Source: a virus (Duplodnaviria; Heunggongvirae; Uroviricota; Caudoviricetes). Taken from it: a stretch of 33,339 bases of DNA. Position numbers and translations under genes: made by a program. Position 1 is the stretch's first letter; the number at the start of each line of letters is the position of its first letter. Below the pieces are notes generated by a model that saw nothing but the letters and a program-made list of their open reading frames with translations, did not search any database and was not told where the DNA came from. The stretch is from the IMG/VR virus record IMGVR_UViG_2671180294_000014, one strand, 5' to 3'. Of this stretch, positions 17,866 to 27,373 are shown piece after piece.

Positions 17866-18310
17866 GTTTAAGCGTTTTGAAGACAGGCTGACCGGACTTA
17901 TTGAGTCGCTGTCACCGTCAGGGCGTCGGCGACTGAGCGCCGAACTGGCGAAACGTCTGCGTCAGAGTCAGCAGCGTCGGGTGATGGCACAGAAAGCCCC
18001 GGACGGCACACCCTACGCACCACGCCAGCAGCAGAGCGCCAGAAAAAAGACCGGTCGCGTTAAGCGAAAAATGTTTGCGAAACTTATCACCAGTCGTTTT
18101 TTGCATATCCGCGCCAGCCCTGAACAGGCATCAATGGAGTTTTACGGCGGGAAGTCACCGAAAATAGCCAGTGTGCATCAGTTCGGTCTGTCGGAAGAAA
18201 CCCGGAAAGACGGTAAGAAAATTCATTATCCGGCGCGTCCCCTGCTCGGCTTTACCGGTGAGGATGTGCAGATGATTGAAGAGATTATCCTGGCTCACCT
18301 CGACCGTTAG
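17858..18310 (+). CDS. S: tail completion protein S
   Basis: 150 aa; overlaps the R end; matches P2 gpS position and size. Confidence 0.85.
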   Translation: MNEFKRFEDRLTGLIESLSPSGRRRLSAELAKRLRQSQQRRVMAQKAPDGTPYAPRQQQSARKKTGRVKRKMFAKLITSRFLHIRASPEQASMEFYGGKSPKIASVHQFGLSEETRKDGKKIHYPARPLLGFTGEDVQMIEEIILAHLDR

Positions 18311-18376
18311 TTGTGCCATTCCTGACACCTCATCGTCACATTGCCGCCGGTATGACCCGGCGGCATCCTTCCCGTT

Positions 18377-19012
18377 ATGAACACTCTCGCAAATATTCAG
18401 GAACTCGCGCGCGCACTGCGCAACATGATCCGCACCGGCATTATCGTCGAAACCGACCTTAATGCCGGTCGCTGCCGTGTGCAGACCGGCGGCATGTGCA
18501 CCGACTGGCTTCAGTGGCTGACCCATCGCGCCGGACGTTCGCGCACATGGTGGGCACCTTCCGTGGGGGAACAGGTGCTGATTCTGGCCGTAGGCGGTGA
18601 ACTCGACACGGCGTTCGTTCTGCCGGGGATTTATTCCGGTGATAACCCCGCGCCGTCTGCGTCGGCGGATGCCCTGCATATCCGTTTCCCTGACGGGGCG
18701 GTGATTGAGTATGAACCTGAAACCAGTGCACTCACGGTAAGCGGAATTAAAACGGCCAGCGTGACGGCTTCTGATTCTGTTACTGCCACGGTGCCGGTGG
18801 TCACGGTGAAAGCATCAACCCGCGTCACTCTGGACACGCCGGAGGTGGTCTGCACAAACAAGCTGATCACTGGCACGCTGGAAGTGCAGAAGGGCGGGAC
18901 GATGCGCGGCAACATTGAACACACCGGCGGTGAACTCTCATCAAACGGGAAGGTACTGCATACCCATAAACACCCCGGCGACAGCGGCGGCACAACCGGG
19001 AGTCCTCTATGA
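18377..19012 (+). CDS. V: baseplate spike / assembly protein V
   Basis: 211 aa; first gene after a short intergenic gap, as P2 V. Confidence 0.88.
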   Translation: MNTLANIQELARALRNMIRTGIIVETDLNAGRCRVQTGGMCTDWLQWLTHRAGRSRTWWAPSVGEQVLILAVGGELDTAFVLPGIYSGDNPAPSASADALHIRFPDGAVIEYEPETSALTVSGIKTASVTASDSVTATVPVVTVKASTRVTLDTPEVVCTNKLITGTLEVQKGGTMRGNIEHTGGELSSNGKVLHTHKHPGDSGGTTGSPL

Positions 19013-19356
19013 CAGCGCGTTATCTCGGAATGAATCGCAGTGATGGCCTGACTGTCTCTGACCTTGAGCATATCAGCCAGAGTATCGGCGATATCCTGCG
19101 CACGCCGGTCGGCTCACGGGTGATGCGTCGTGATTACGGCTCGTTGCTGGCGTCAATGATTGACCAGCCGCAGACCCCGGCGCTTGAGTTGCAGATTAAG
19201 GTCGCCTGTTACATGGCCGTGCTGAAATGGGAAGCCCGCGTCACCCTGTCATCCGTCACCACGGCGCGCAGCTTTGACGGGCGAATGACGGTCACGTTAA
19301 CCGGCCAGCACAACGACACCGGCCAGCCACTTTCGTTAACCATCCCTGTGAGTTGA
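19009..19356 (+). CDS. W: baseplate protein W
   Basis: 115 aa; overlaps the V stop; matches P2 gpW. Confidence 0.88.
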   Translation: MTARYLGMNRSDGLTVSDLEHISQSIGDILRTPVGSRVMRRDYGSLLASMIDQPQTPALELQIKVACYMAVLKWEARVTLSSVTTARSFDGRMTVTLTGQHNDTGQPLSLTIPVS

Positions 19357-19360
19357 AACC

Positions 19361-20269
19361 ATGCCGATTATCGACCTGAACCAGCTACCCGCACCGGATG
19401 TGGTCGAGGAGCTGGACTTTGAAACCATTCTTGCCGAACGCAAGGCGACACTGATTTCCCTTTACCCGGAAGACCAGCAGGAGGCGGTCGCCCGTACCCT
19501 GACGCTGGAATCCGAGCCTCTCGTCAAACTGCTGGAGGAAAATGCTTATCGTGAGCTTATCTGGCGTCAGCGTGTGAATGAGGCCGCACGGGCGGTAATG
19601 CTGGCCTGTGCCGCCGGTAATGACCTTGATGTGATTGGTGCCAATTACAACACCACGCGCCTGATTATCACCCCGGCAGATGATTCGACCCTCCCGCCGA
19701 CACCGGCAGTGATGGAATCTGACACGGATTATCGTCTGCGTATTCAGCAGGCGTTTGAAGGTTTAAGCGTCGCCGGGTCGGTGGGGGCCTATCAGTATCA
19801 TGGTCGCAGTGCCGACGGGCGTGTCGCGGATATTTCTGTAACCAGTCCGTCTCCGGCCTGCGTCACCATCTCTGTGCTGTCACGTGAAAATAACGGTGTC
19901 GCATCCGAAGACCTGCTGGCGGTGGTGCGTAACGCCCTTAATGGTGAGGACGTCAGGCCGGTGGCCGACCGCGTGACCGTGCAGTCTGCCGCCATCGTTG
20001 AATACCAGATAAACGCCACGCTTTACCTTTACCCTGGTCCCGAAAGCGAACCCATACGCGCTGCTGCCGTGAAAAAACTGGAAGCGTACATCACGGCACA
20101 GCACCGGCTGGGGCGCGACATCCGTCTGTCTGCCATTTATGCCGCTTTGCATGTGGAAGGCGTGCAGCGTGTCGAACTGACTGCACCGCTGGCCGACATC
20201 GTGCTCAACAGTACGCAGGCGTCTTTCTGTACCGAATACCGCGTCGTGACCGGAGGCTCGGATGAGTGA
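19361..20269 (+). CDS. J: baseplate protein J
   Basis: 302 aa; matches P2 gpJ position and size. Confidence 0.88.
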   Translation: MPIIDLNQLPAPDVVEELDFETILAERKATLISLYPEDQQEAVARTLTLESEPLVKLLEENAYRELIWRQRVNEAARAVMLACAAGNDLDVIGANYNTTRLIITPADDSTLPPTPAVMESDTDYRLRIQQAFEGLSVAGSVGAYQYHGRSADGRVADISVTSPSPACVTISVLSRENNGVASEDLLAVVRNALNGEDVRPVADRVTVQSAAIVEYQINATLYLYPGPESEPIRAAAVKKLEAYITAQHRLGRDIRLSAIYAALHVEGVQRVELTAPLADIVLNSTQASFCTEYRVVTGGSDE

Positions 20270-20792
20270 TTCGCGACTGCTGCCGACCGGCTCATCACCG
20301 CTTGAAGTTGCCGCCGCAAAAGCCTGTGCGGAAATTGAAAAAACGCCGGTCAGGATTCGTGAACTGTGGAACCCGGATACCTGTCCGGCAAATCTGCTGC
20401 CGTGGCTGGCGTGGGCGTTTTCGGTCGACAGGTGGGATGAAAAGTGGCCGGAAGCGACAAAACGCGCCGTTATCCGCGATGCCTATTTCATCCACTGTCA
20501 TAAAGGCACTATCGGCGCAATCCGGCGTGTGGTGGAGCCGCTCGGCTATCTCATCAACGTGACGGAGTGGTGGGAAAACAGTGACCCGCCCGGCACCTTC
20601 CGGCTTGATATTGGTGTACTGGAAAGCGGCATCACAGAGGCAATGTATCAGGAAATGGAACGGCTTATTGCTGATGCCAAACCTGCAAGCCGTCATCTTA
20701 TTGGCCTGAACATTACCCGGGACATTCCCGGCTACCTGTTCGCCGGTGGTGTGGCTTACGACGGCGATGTAATTACGGTTTACCCCGGATAA
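20262..20792 (+). CDS. I: baseplate/tail protein I
   Basis: 176 aa; overlaps the J end; matches P2 gpI. Confidence 0.88.
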   Translation: MSDSRLLPTGSSPLEVAAAKACAEIEKTPVRIRELWNPDTCPANLLPWLAWAFSVDRWDEKWPEATKRAVIRDAYFIHCHKGTIGAIRRVVEPLGYLINVTEWWENSDPPGTFRLDIGVLESGITEAMYQEMERLIADAKPASRHLIGLNITRDIPGYLFAGGVAYDGDVITVYPG

Positions 20793-20802
20793 GTGAGGAA
20801 TA

Positions 20803-23121
20803 ATGAGCACAAAATTCAGAACCGTTATCACCACTGCCGGTGCAGCAAAGCTGGCAGCGGCAACCGCACCGGGAGGGCGGAAGGTCAACATTACCACGAT
20901 GGCCGTCGGGGATGGCGGTGGTAAATTGCCTGTCCCGGATGCCGGACAGACCGGGCTTATCCACGAAGTCTGGCGACATACGCTGAACAAAATCAGCCAG
21001 GACAAACGAAACAGTAATTATATTATCGCAGAGCTGGTTATTCCGCCGGAGGTGGGCGGTTTCTGGATGCGTGAGCTTGGCCTGTACGATGATGCGGGAA
21101 CGTTAATTGCCGTGGCGAACATGGCCGAAAGTTATAAGCCAGCTCTTGCCGAAGGCTCAGGGCGTTCGCAGACCTGTCGCATGGTCATCATCGTCAGCAG
21201 TGTGGCCTCGGTGGAGCTGACCATTGACACCACAACGGTGATGGCGACACAGGATTACGTTGATGACAAAATTGCAGAGCACGAACAGTCACGACGTCAC
21301 CCGGACGCCTCGCTGACCGCAAAAGGTTTTACTCAGTTAAGCAGTGCGACCAACAGCACGTCTGAAACACTGGCCGCAACGCCGAAAGCGGTAAAGGCCG
21401 CCTATGACCTTGCTAACGGGAAATATACCGCACAGGACGCTACCACAGCTCGAAAAGGTCTTGTCCAGCTCAGTAGTGCCACCAACAGCACGTCTGAAAC
21501 GCTTGCGGCAACGCCAAAGGCGGTTAAGACAGCGTATGACCTTGCTAACGGGAAATACACTGCACAGGACGCCACTACAGCGCGAAAAGGTCTTGTCCAG
21601 CTCAGTAGCGCCACCAACAGCGATTCTGAAACGCTTGCGGCAACACCAAAGGCGGTTAAGACAGCGTATGACCTTGCTAACGGGAAATACACTGCACAGG
21701 ATGCCACCACAGCGCGAAAAGGTCTTGTCCAGCTAAGTAGTGCCATCAACAGCGATTCTGAAACGCTGGCCGCAACGCCAAAAGCAGTGAAGTCTGCCTA
21801 TGACAATGCTGAAAAACGTCTTCAGAAAGATCAGAACGGTGCGGATATTCCGGGAAAGGATACCTTCACGAAAAATATCGGTGCCTGTCGTGCTTATAGC
21901 GGCGCTTTGAGCACTGAAGCCGGAAACTGGACAACCGCTCAGTTTATTGAATGGCTGGATTCCCGTGGTGCATTTAATCATCCGTACTGGATGTGCAAAG
22001 GCTCCTGGTCATATGCAAATAACAAAATCATTACGGATACCGGATGTGGTGATATCCACCTGGCTGGTTGTGTCGTCGAGGTCATGGGAACTAAATCTGC
22101 AATCACTATCCGAGTGACCACGCCAACAACATCAAGCGGTGGCGGTACAACCAGCGCGCAATTCACTTACATAAATCATGGGGACGGCTACTCCCCCGGC
22201 TGGCGTCGTGACTGGAATCGTCAGGGCGACTCAATGACCGGAACGATTAATCAGGATGGCGGAAGCCAGAATGCCTATATGTCTACGGCCTTATGTTCAG
22301 GCACCAGAGGCGGCAAAAAATATCTCAGAAAGTTTCGTGGTGGAGAAGGAGATACTATCTGGCATGAAACAGTTCAGGGCGGGGTAATTCGCTGGGCGAC
22401 AGGAAACAATGACGCTCAGGAAGAATTATCACTCAGCTCCGCTTATGGTCTCCGTTCAAGAGGTGAAATTACATCACTCAGTGCTAATGGTCTGCGCATT
22501 GCTTATGGCAATTATGGATTCTTTATCAGGAATGATGGCGGCAGCACATATTTAATGCTGACGGCCTCTGGCGATAAATTTGGGACATGGAACGGCTTAA
22601 GACCGCTGACTATCAATAACGCCAATGGCGGAGTGTCAATGGGGCATGGCCTGAGTGTTACAGGTGATATTGTCTCAAGTACCAAAGTACGTGCCGGTAG
22701 CGGGAAAAAGTTCACGGTCAGCAGCAGCAATACATCCACGAAGGAAGCCGCATTCAATTTGTGGGGAAACTCAAGTCGTCCTGTGGTGGCTGAATTAGGT
22801 GATGATGCAGGCTGGCATTTTTACAGTCAGAGAAATACAGATAACAGCATCACTTTTGCTGTTAACGGGCAGGTATCACCATCTAACTATGGCAACTTTG
22901 ATTCACGCTATGTCCGGGATATCCGGCTTGGTGGTGCTGCCACATACAAACCTGCGAACAATGGTATGACATGGACACATCAGGCACCGTCCGGGTGTGT
23001 ATATTCCGGCATTATTGTTCAGGATACCGGCTCAAACTCTGCCGATAACATTGGTGGCGTATATTACAGACCGGTGCAGAAATACATTAACGGGACTTGG
23101 TATAACGTGGCACAGGTATAA
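20803..23121 (+). CDS. H: tail fibre protein H with expanded internal tandem repeats
   Basis: 772 aa. The N-terminal ~170 aa follow the conserved tail-fibre pattern; then repeats of ...LSSATNSTSETLAATPKAVK.AYDLANGKYTAQDATTARKGLVQ...; the C-terminal part is lower in GC and likely the receptor-binding region. Confidence 0.9.
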   Translation: MSTKFRTVITTAGAAKLAAATAPGGRKVNITTMAVGDGGGKLPVPDAGQTGLIHEVWRHTLNKISQDKRNSNYIIAELVIPPEVGGFWMRELGLYDDAGTLIAVANMAESYKPALAEGSGRSQTCRMVIIVSSVASVELTIDTTTVMATQDYVDDKIAEHEQSRRHPDASLTAKGFTQLSSATNSTSETLAATPKAVKAAYDLANGKYTAQDATTARKGLVQLSSATNSTSETLAATPKAVKTAYDLANGKYTAQDATTARKGLVQLSSATNSDSETLAATPKAVKTAYDLANGKYTAQDATTARKGLVQLSSAINSDSETLAATPKAVKSAYDNAEKRLQKDQNGADIPGKDTFTKNIGACRAYSGALSTEAGNWTTAQFIEWLDSRGAFNHPYWMCKGSWSYANNKIITDTGCGDIHLAGCVVEVMGTKSAITIRVTTPTTSSGGGTTSAQFTYINHGDGYSPGWRRDWNRQGDSMTGTINQDGGSQNAYMSTALCSGTRGGKKYLRKFRGGEGDTIWHETVQGGVIRWATGNNDAQEELSLSSAYGLRSRGEITSLSANGLRIAYGNYGFFIRNDGGSTYLMLTASGDKFGTWNGLRPLTINNANGGVSMGHGLSVTGDIVSSTKVRAGSGKKFTVSSSNTSTKEAAFNLWGNSSRPVVAELGDDAGWHFYSQRNTDNSITFAVNGQVSPSNYGNFDSRYVRDIRLGGAATYKPANNGMTWTHQAPSGCVYSGIIVQDTGSNSADNIGGVYYRPVQKYINGTWYNVAQV
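21325..21805 (+). repeat. about 3.6 tandem copies of a 132-bp (44-codon) in-frame repeat inside H
   Basis: The string caacagc(a/g)(c/a)(g/t)tctgaaac recurs at 21351, 21483, 21615 and 21747, exactly 132 bp apart; the translated units are near-identical. Confidence 0.9.
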
Positions 23122-23124
23122 TTT

Positions 23125-23652
23125 ATGCAGCATTTGATAAATATAACGGCAGGTAATCCAAAAACGGTTGAACAATATCAATTGACAAAGGACTTTGATG
23201 TTGTCTGGTTTTTTTCAGAAGATGGTAAGAACTGGTACGAAGAACAAAAGTATTTTGCTGATGACACGATAAAAATAGCGTACGACAAAGATAATATTAT
23301 CCGCTATGTGGAAAAGGATGTGACAGCTATCAGACCGGATGGATTAAGTGTTGTTGAAGTGCCGGATATTACTGCTAACCGACGGGCGGACATTTCAGGG
23401 AACTGGATGTTTAAGGACTGTACAGTGATTAAACGAATTTATACGGCAGAGGAATTGCAGCAGCAGGCAGAAAATCGGAAAGCCAGACTTCTTGCAGATG
23501 CTGAATCCGTGATTTTGCCGCTGGAGCGCGCTGTCAGGCTGAATATGGCAACAGATGAGGAGCGCAGTCGACTGGAGGCATGGGAACGCTACAGTGTTCT
23601 GGTCAGTCGTGTGGATCCTGCAAATCCTGAATGGCCGGAAATGCCGCAATAA
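23125..23652 (+). CDS. G: tail fibre assembly protein (chaperone)
   Basis: 175 aa directly after H; position and size match P2 gpG. Confidence 0.85.
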   Translation: MQHLINITAGNPKTVEQYQLTKDFDVVWFFSEDGKNWYEEQKYFADDTIKIAYDKDNIIRYVEKDVTAIRPDGLSVVEVPDITANRRADISGNWMFKDCTVIKRIYTAEELQQQAENRKARLLADAESVILPLERAVRLNMATDEERSRLEAWERYSVLVSRVDPANPEWPEMPQ

Positions 23653-23766
23653 GTTGTATGAGCTCTGGTGTGAGCTTACATATCTATGGCACAGAGTAAA
23701 GCCTAATCTGAGAGTCCGCTCTGTGCCAGAAGTAGACGCACAAGGTGGGCGTGTCTTTTTCTTAAG

Positions 23767-25185
23767 CTACATCGGGCTCTTATATGGGGAATGAGAGTTT
23801 TTGAAACGCGGTTCTTCATGCTTCGGACTGTAAATTCTTGCATGATTATCTATCACAACTTTACTTCCAAGAATATCTCGAGCTTCTCCTAACGACCACA
23901 CAGTAGAAAGATCATTAGTCAAATTTCGATAGAGAGCACGAAACCCCTTGGGTTTTTTAAGATCATATAAGAAATCAGGAACTTTAACTTTAAAATTAAA
24001 GGTCGGTAGTTTCGGAAGGGAATTAATAGCCGCAACAGTATTGTATACATGTACAAGCTTAGTTACAGGTACACCTTGTCTAGTCTTGAGCCCATACTTA
24101 GTTCGAATATAATCTGATTCTTTCGATACTTCAGTAAGCAATGCTCTTACTGACTTATTAGCTTGAGGCAATTCATTTTCATCAAACAAGCGCTTTATTT
24201 CTCGCATTTTCTCACGGGCCCTTACAAATTCGTTGTTGTCCCTTATGTTATAAGCAGCTTCAACAATACAACTTGGATCACCAGTTTCTTTTGCGAGCCA
24301 TGCCGAAAATAAAGGAAGCGAAGTTGCTGTTGCTACAGCTTTACCACCAGAATGAATATCAATGAGATCATGACTTAACGAAGTGGAAAAGTTTTCTACA
24401 ATATGTTTAGCATAGTCAAAACCATACTGACAGTTTTGGCTTAAATATGTCTGTTGATACGCCTGACGTAATGGATATAAAAAAGTATCTGCTTGAAGGT
24501 ACTTAGCTGTGAGAGAATAAAATACTGCCCGATTAGCCAGCCATACAAGCGAAGCCACGAATGCTTTGATTGCATCTGATGCTTCACCAGCAGATGTGCC
24601 ATCCCCCCATTTTGCTCCGGGAACTTTGTACCCCTTGCGAATAGGGTTGCCAAATCGATCGAGAAGTTCAACATCGCCATTTGTTCTATTACCAGACTCA
24701 GCAGCATCACGCAGTTCTGAAAAAATGGCAGCAGCAATGTTACCATATTTTTCAAACTCCTTACCTCCATCAGATAAGTTCTTCAGTGTTAGATGATAAA
24801 CACTTGAACTAATGTCCCATGTACATATGATATGTGTCTGAAGAAGTTCAATTAGTTTTTTAAAATCGTCATTAACAAATGTTCCACCACGAATTTTAGG
24901 TTTCAATGCATCAGATATTTTTTTTGCTTCACTTTCAATTTCATCCAACCCATATTGTGCTTTATCAAGAAATAATATCTCTCTGAAACTTGAAATCCTA
25001 CTCCCACGGTACTCTGGAATATAATCATCAACCGCGATAACGTGATCATAGAACAAAATAGACTGTATATAGTTCTCAAATGCTATTATGTCTGTATCTA
25101 CTGAGTCCTTCGATCTTGTTTTTACTTTCCCCTCGATTCTTTGGACTGCAGTTAGAGTTGAATTATCAATCAGTGCGTATGTCAT
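23767..25185 (-). CDS. hypothetical 472-aa protein, AT-rich cargo at the P2 Z/fun position
   Basis: Long clean ORF on the strand opposite to the flanking late genes. ATG at 25185 with AAGGA RBS. Markedly AT-rich. No Walker, HNH, PD-(D/E)xK or MTase motifs recognised; the only weak feature is a C-terminal RIYSPKH (Rx5H). Confidence 0.7.
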   Translation of the reverse strand: MTYALIDNSTLTAVQRIEGKVKTRSKDSVDTDIIAFENYIQSILFYDHVIAVDDYIPEYRGSRISSFREILFLDKAQYGLDEIESEAKKISDALKPKIRGGTFVNDDFKKLIELLQTHIICTWDISSSVYHLTLKNLSDGGKEFEKYGNIAAAIFSELRDAAESGNRTNGDVELLDRFGNPIRKGYKVPGAKWGDGTSAGEASDAIKAFVASLVWLANRAVFYSLTAKYLQADTFLYPLRQAYQQTYLSQNCQYGFDYAKHIVENFSTSLSHDLIDIHSGGKAVATATSLPLFSAWLAKETGDPSCIVEAAYNIRDNNEFVRAREKMREIKRLFDENELPQANKSVRALLTEVSKESDYIRTKYGLKTRQGVPVTKLVHVYNTVAAINSLPKLPTFNFKVKVPDFLYDLKKPKGFRALYRNLTNDLSTVWSLGEARDILGSKVVIDNHARIYSPKHEEPRFKNSHSPYKSPM

Positions 25186-25454
25186 TTACATTCCTTAAAT
25201 AAAAAACATTAATGGTTGCTCCAAAAATACTAGCAACCTTATTTCAGTGAAGTCAATTTTTTAACATTAATCATTTACACACGCTTGAAAAGTGATCGCT
25301 GAAAATGGCATTTACTACATTATCAAAGTTCCCATCGAAGATAATCGAAATTTTTCCCGGTAGCAGATATCGTGAGATTTAACGCTTTTCGCTCATAGCA
25401 GGCTGTCAGATTTGATAGCGTTTGGGCTATGTAAACTGTCAGTCGGAAAATGAG

Positions 25455-25472
25455 TGTGTACAAATCAGGACA
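25455..25472 (+). promoter_or_regulatory. candidate Ogr-dependent late promoter element (TGT-N12-ACA) upstream of FI
   Basis: TGTgtacaaatcaggACA about 125 bp upstream of the FI start, fitting the dyad of P2 late-promoter activator sites; followed by the palindrome GCGGGCGAATTGCCCGC (25474-25490). Confidence 0.5.
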
Positions 25473-25595
25473 TGCGGGCGAATTGCCCGCATTTTCTTTA
25501 TCTGTTGTTTCATCCACTGACCAGCCAGGTCAAATAGCGTCTCATGCACTGCCCAACAGAAAATAGTTGCACCCATTAACCACGGAGTTAAACGG

Positions 25596-26786
25596 ATGAG
25601 TGACTATCATCACGGCGTGCAGGTGCTGGAGATTAACGACGGCACCCGCGTCATTTCCACCGTATCCACTGCCATTGTCGGCATGGTCTGCACGGCCAGC
25701 GATGCGGATGCGGAAACCTTCCCCCTCAATAAACCGGTGCTGATTACCAATGTGCAGAGCGCAATTGCAAAGGCCGGTAAAAAAGGCACGCTGGCGGCAT
25801 CGTTGCAGGCCATCGCCGACCAGTCAAAACCGGTCACCGTTGTCGTGCGTGTGGAAGACGGCACCGGCGACGACGAGGAAACGAAACTCGCGCAGACCGT
25901 TTCCAATATCATCGGCACCACCGACGAAAACGGTCAGTACACCGGACTGAAAGCCCTGCTGGCGGCGGAGTCGGTAACCGGTGTTAAACCGCGTATTCTC
26001 GGCGTGCCGGGACTGGACACCAAAGAGGTGGCTGTTGCACTGGCATCAGTCTGTCAGAAGCTGCGCGCTTTCGGGTATATCAGCGCATGGGGCTGTAAGA
26101 CCGTTTCCGAGGTGAAAGCCTACCGTCAGAATTTCAGCCAGCGTGAGCTGATGGTCATCTGGCCGGATTTCCTCGCATGGGATACGGTCGCCAGTACCAC
26201 CGCCACCGCGTATGCCACCGCCCGTGCGCTGGGTCTGCGCGCTAAAATCGACCAGGAGCAGGGCTGGCATAAAACGCTGTCCAACGTCGGGGTGAACGGT
26301 GTTACCGGCATCAGCGCGTCCGTATTCTGGGATTTGCAGGAGTCCGGCACCGATGCTGACCTGCTTAACGAGTCAGGCGTCACAACGCTGATTCGCCGTG
26401 ACGGTTTCCGCTTCTGGGGTAACCGTACCTGCTCTGATGACCCGCTGTTCCTCTTTGAAAACTACACCCGCACCGCGCAGGTGCTGGCCGACACGATGGC
26501 TGAGGCGCACATGTGGGCGGTGGACAAGCCCATCACCGCAACGCTGATTCGCGACATCGTTGACGGCATCAATGCCAAATTCCGTGAGCTGAAAACAAAC
26601 GGCTATATCGTGGATGCGACCTGCTGGTTCAGCGAAGAATCCAACGATGCGGAAACCCTCAAGGCCGGAAAACTGTATATCGACTACGACTATACCCCGG
26701 TGCCTCCTCTTGAAAACCTGACCCTGCGCCAGCGTATTACCGATAAATACCTGGCAAATCTGGTCACCTCGGTTAACAGCAATTAA
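25596..26786 (+). CDS. FI: contractile tail sheath protein
   Basis: 396 aa (MSDYHHGVQVLEINDGTRVI...), matches recalled P2 gpFI. Confidence 0.93.
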   Translation: MSDYHHGVQVLEINDGTRVISTVSTAIVGMVCTASDADAETFPLNKPVLITNVQSAIAKAGKKGTLAASLQAIADQSKPVTVVVRVEDGTGDDEETKLAQTVSNIIGTTDENGQYTGLKALLAAESVTGVKPRILGVPGLDTKEVAVALASVCQKLRAFGYISAWGCKTVSEVKAYRQNFSQRELMVIWPDFLAWDTVASTTATAYATARALGLRAKIDQEQGWHKTLSNVGVNGVTGISASVFWDLQESGTDADLLNESGVTTLIRRDGFRFWGNRTCSDDPLFLFENYTRTAQVLADTMAEAHMWAVDKPITATLIRDIVDGINAKFRELKTNGYIVDATCWFSEESNDAETLKAGKLYIDYDYTPVPPLENLTLRQRITDKYLANLVTSVNSN

Positions 26787-26798
26787 GGAGCCTGACCG

Positions 26799-27317
26799 AT
26801 GGCAATGCCGCGCAAACTCAAGTTAATGAACGTCTTTCTGAACGGCTACAGCTATCAGGGCGTTGCAAAGTCCGTCACGCTGCCAAAACTGACCCGTAAA
26901 CTCGAAAACTATCGCGGTGCGGGGATGAACGGAAGCGCACCGGTAGACCTCGGCCTTGATGACGATGCGCTGTCAATGGAGTGGTCGCTCGGGGGCTTCC
27001 CGGATTCGGTTATCTGGGAGCTTTACGCCGCAACCGGTGTGGATGCCGTGCCGATTCGTTTTGCAGGCTCTTACCAGCGTGACGATACCGGCGAAACGGT
27101 GGCCGTAGAGGTGGTCATGCGTGGCCGTCAGAAAGAAATCGACACCGGCGAGGGTAAACAGGGAGAAGACACCGAGTCGAAAATCTCCGTGGTCTGCACC
27201 TATTTCCGGCTGACGATGGACGGTAAGGAGCTGGTCGAAATCGACACCATCAACATGATTGAGAAGGTGAACGGCGTCGACCGGCTGGAGCAACACCGCC
27301 GCAATATCGGCCTGTAA
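26799..27317 (+). CDS. FII: tail tube protein
   Basis: 172 aa; matches P2 gpFII position and size. Confidence 0.9.
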   Translation: MAMPRKLKLMNVFLNGYSYQGVAKSVTLPKLTRKLENYRGAGMNGSAPVDLGLDDDALSMEWSLGGFPDSVIWELYAATGVDAVPIRFAGSYQRDDTGETVAVEVVMRGRQKEIDTGEGKQGEDTESKISVVCTYFRLTMDGKELVEIDTINMIEKVNGVDRLEQHRRNIGL

Positions 27318-27373
27318 TTTTCATCCGGTCAGCCTGGCTGACCGGTTAACCCCGATTCAGAAGTGAGAAAACC

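Noticed and set aside
21402-21749. ORFs on both strands (115 aa minus, 110 aa plus) inside H
   Set aside because: They sit exactly on the 132-bp tandem repeat and are themselves repetitive; they are open frames created by the repeat, not genes. H in its own frame is continuous and homologous to tail fibres.
21325-21805. Possible CRISPR array
   Set aside because: The repeats are 132 bp, directly tandem with no unique spacers, in frame within a protein-coding gene; not a CRISPR. No CRISPR-like repeat-spacer structure elsewhere in the window.
25323-25517. 64-aa minus-strand ORF between the hotspot-2 gene and FI
   Set aside because: No convincing RBS, overlaps the candidate FI late-promoter element, low-complexity product; most likely non-coding.
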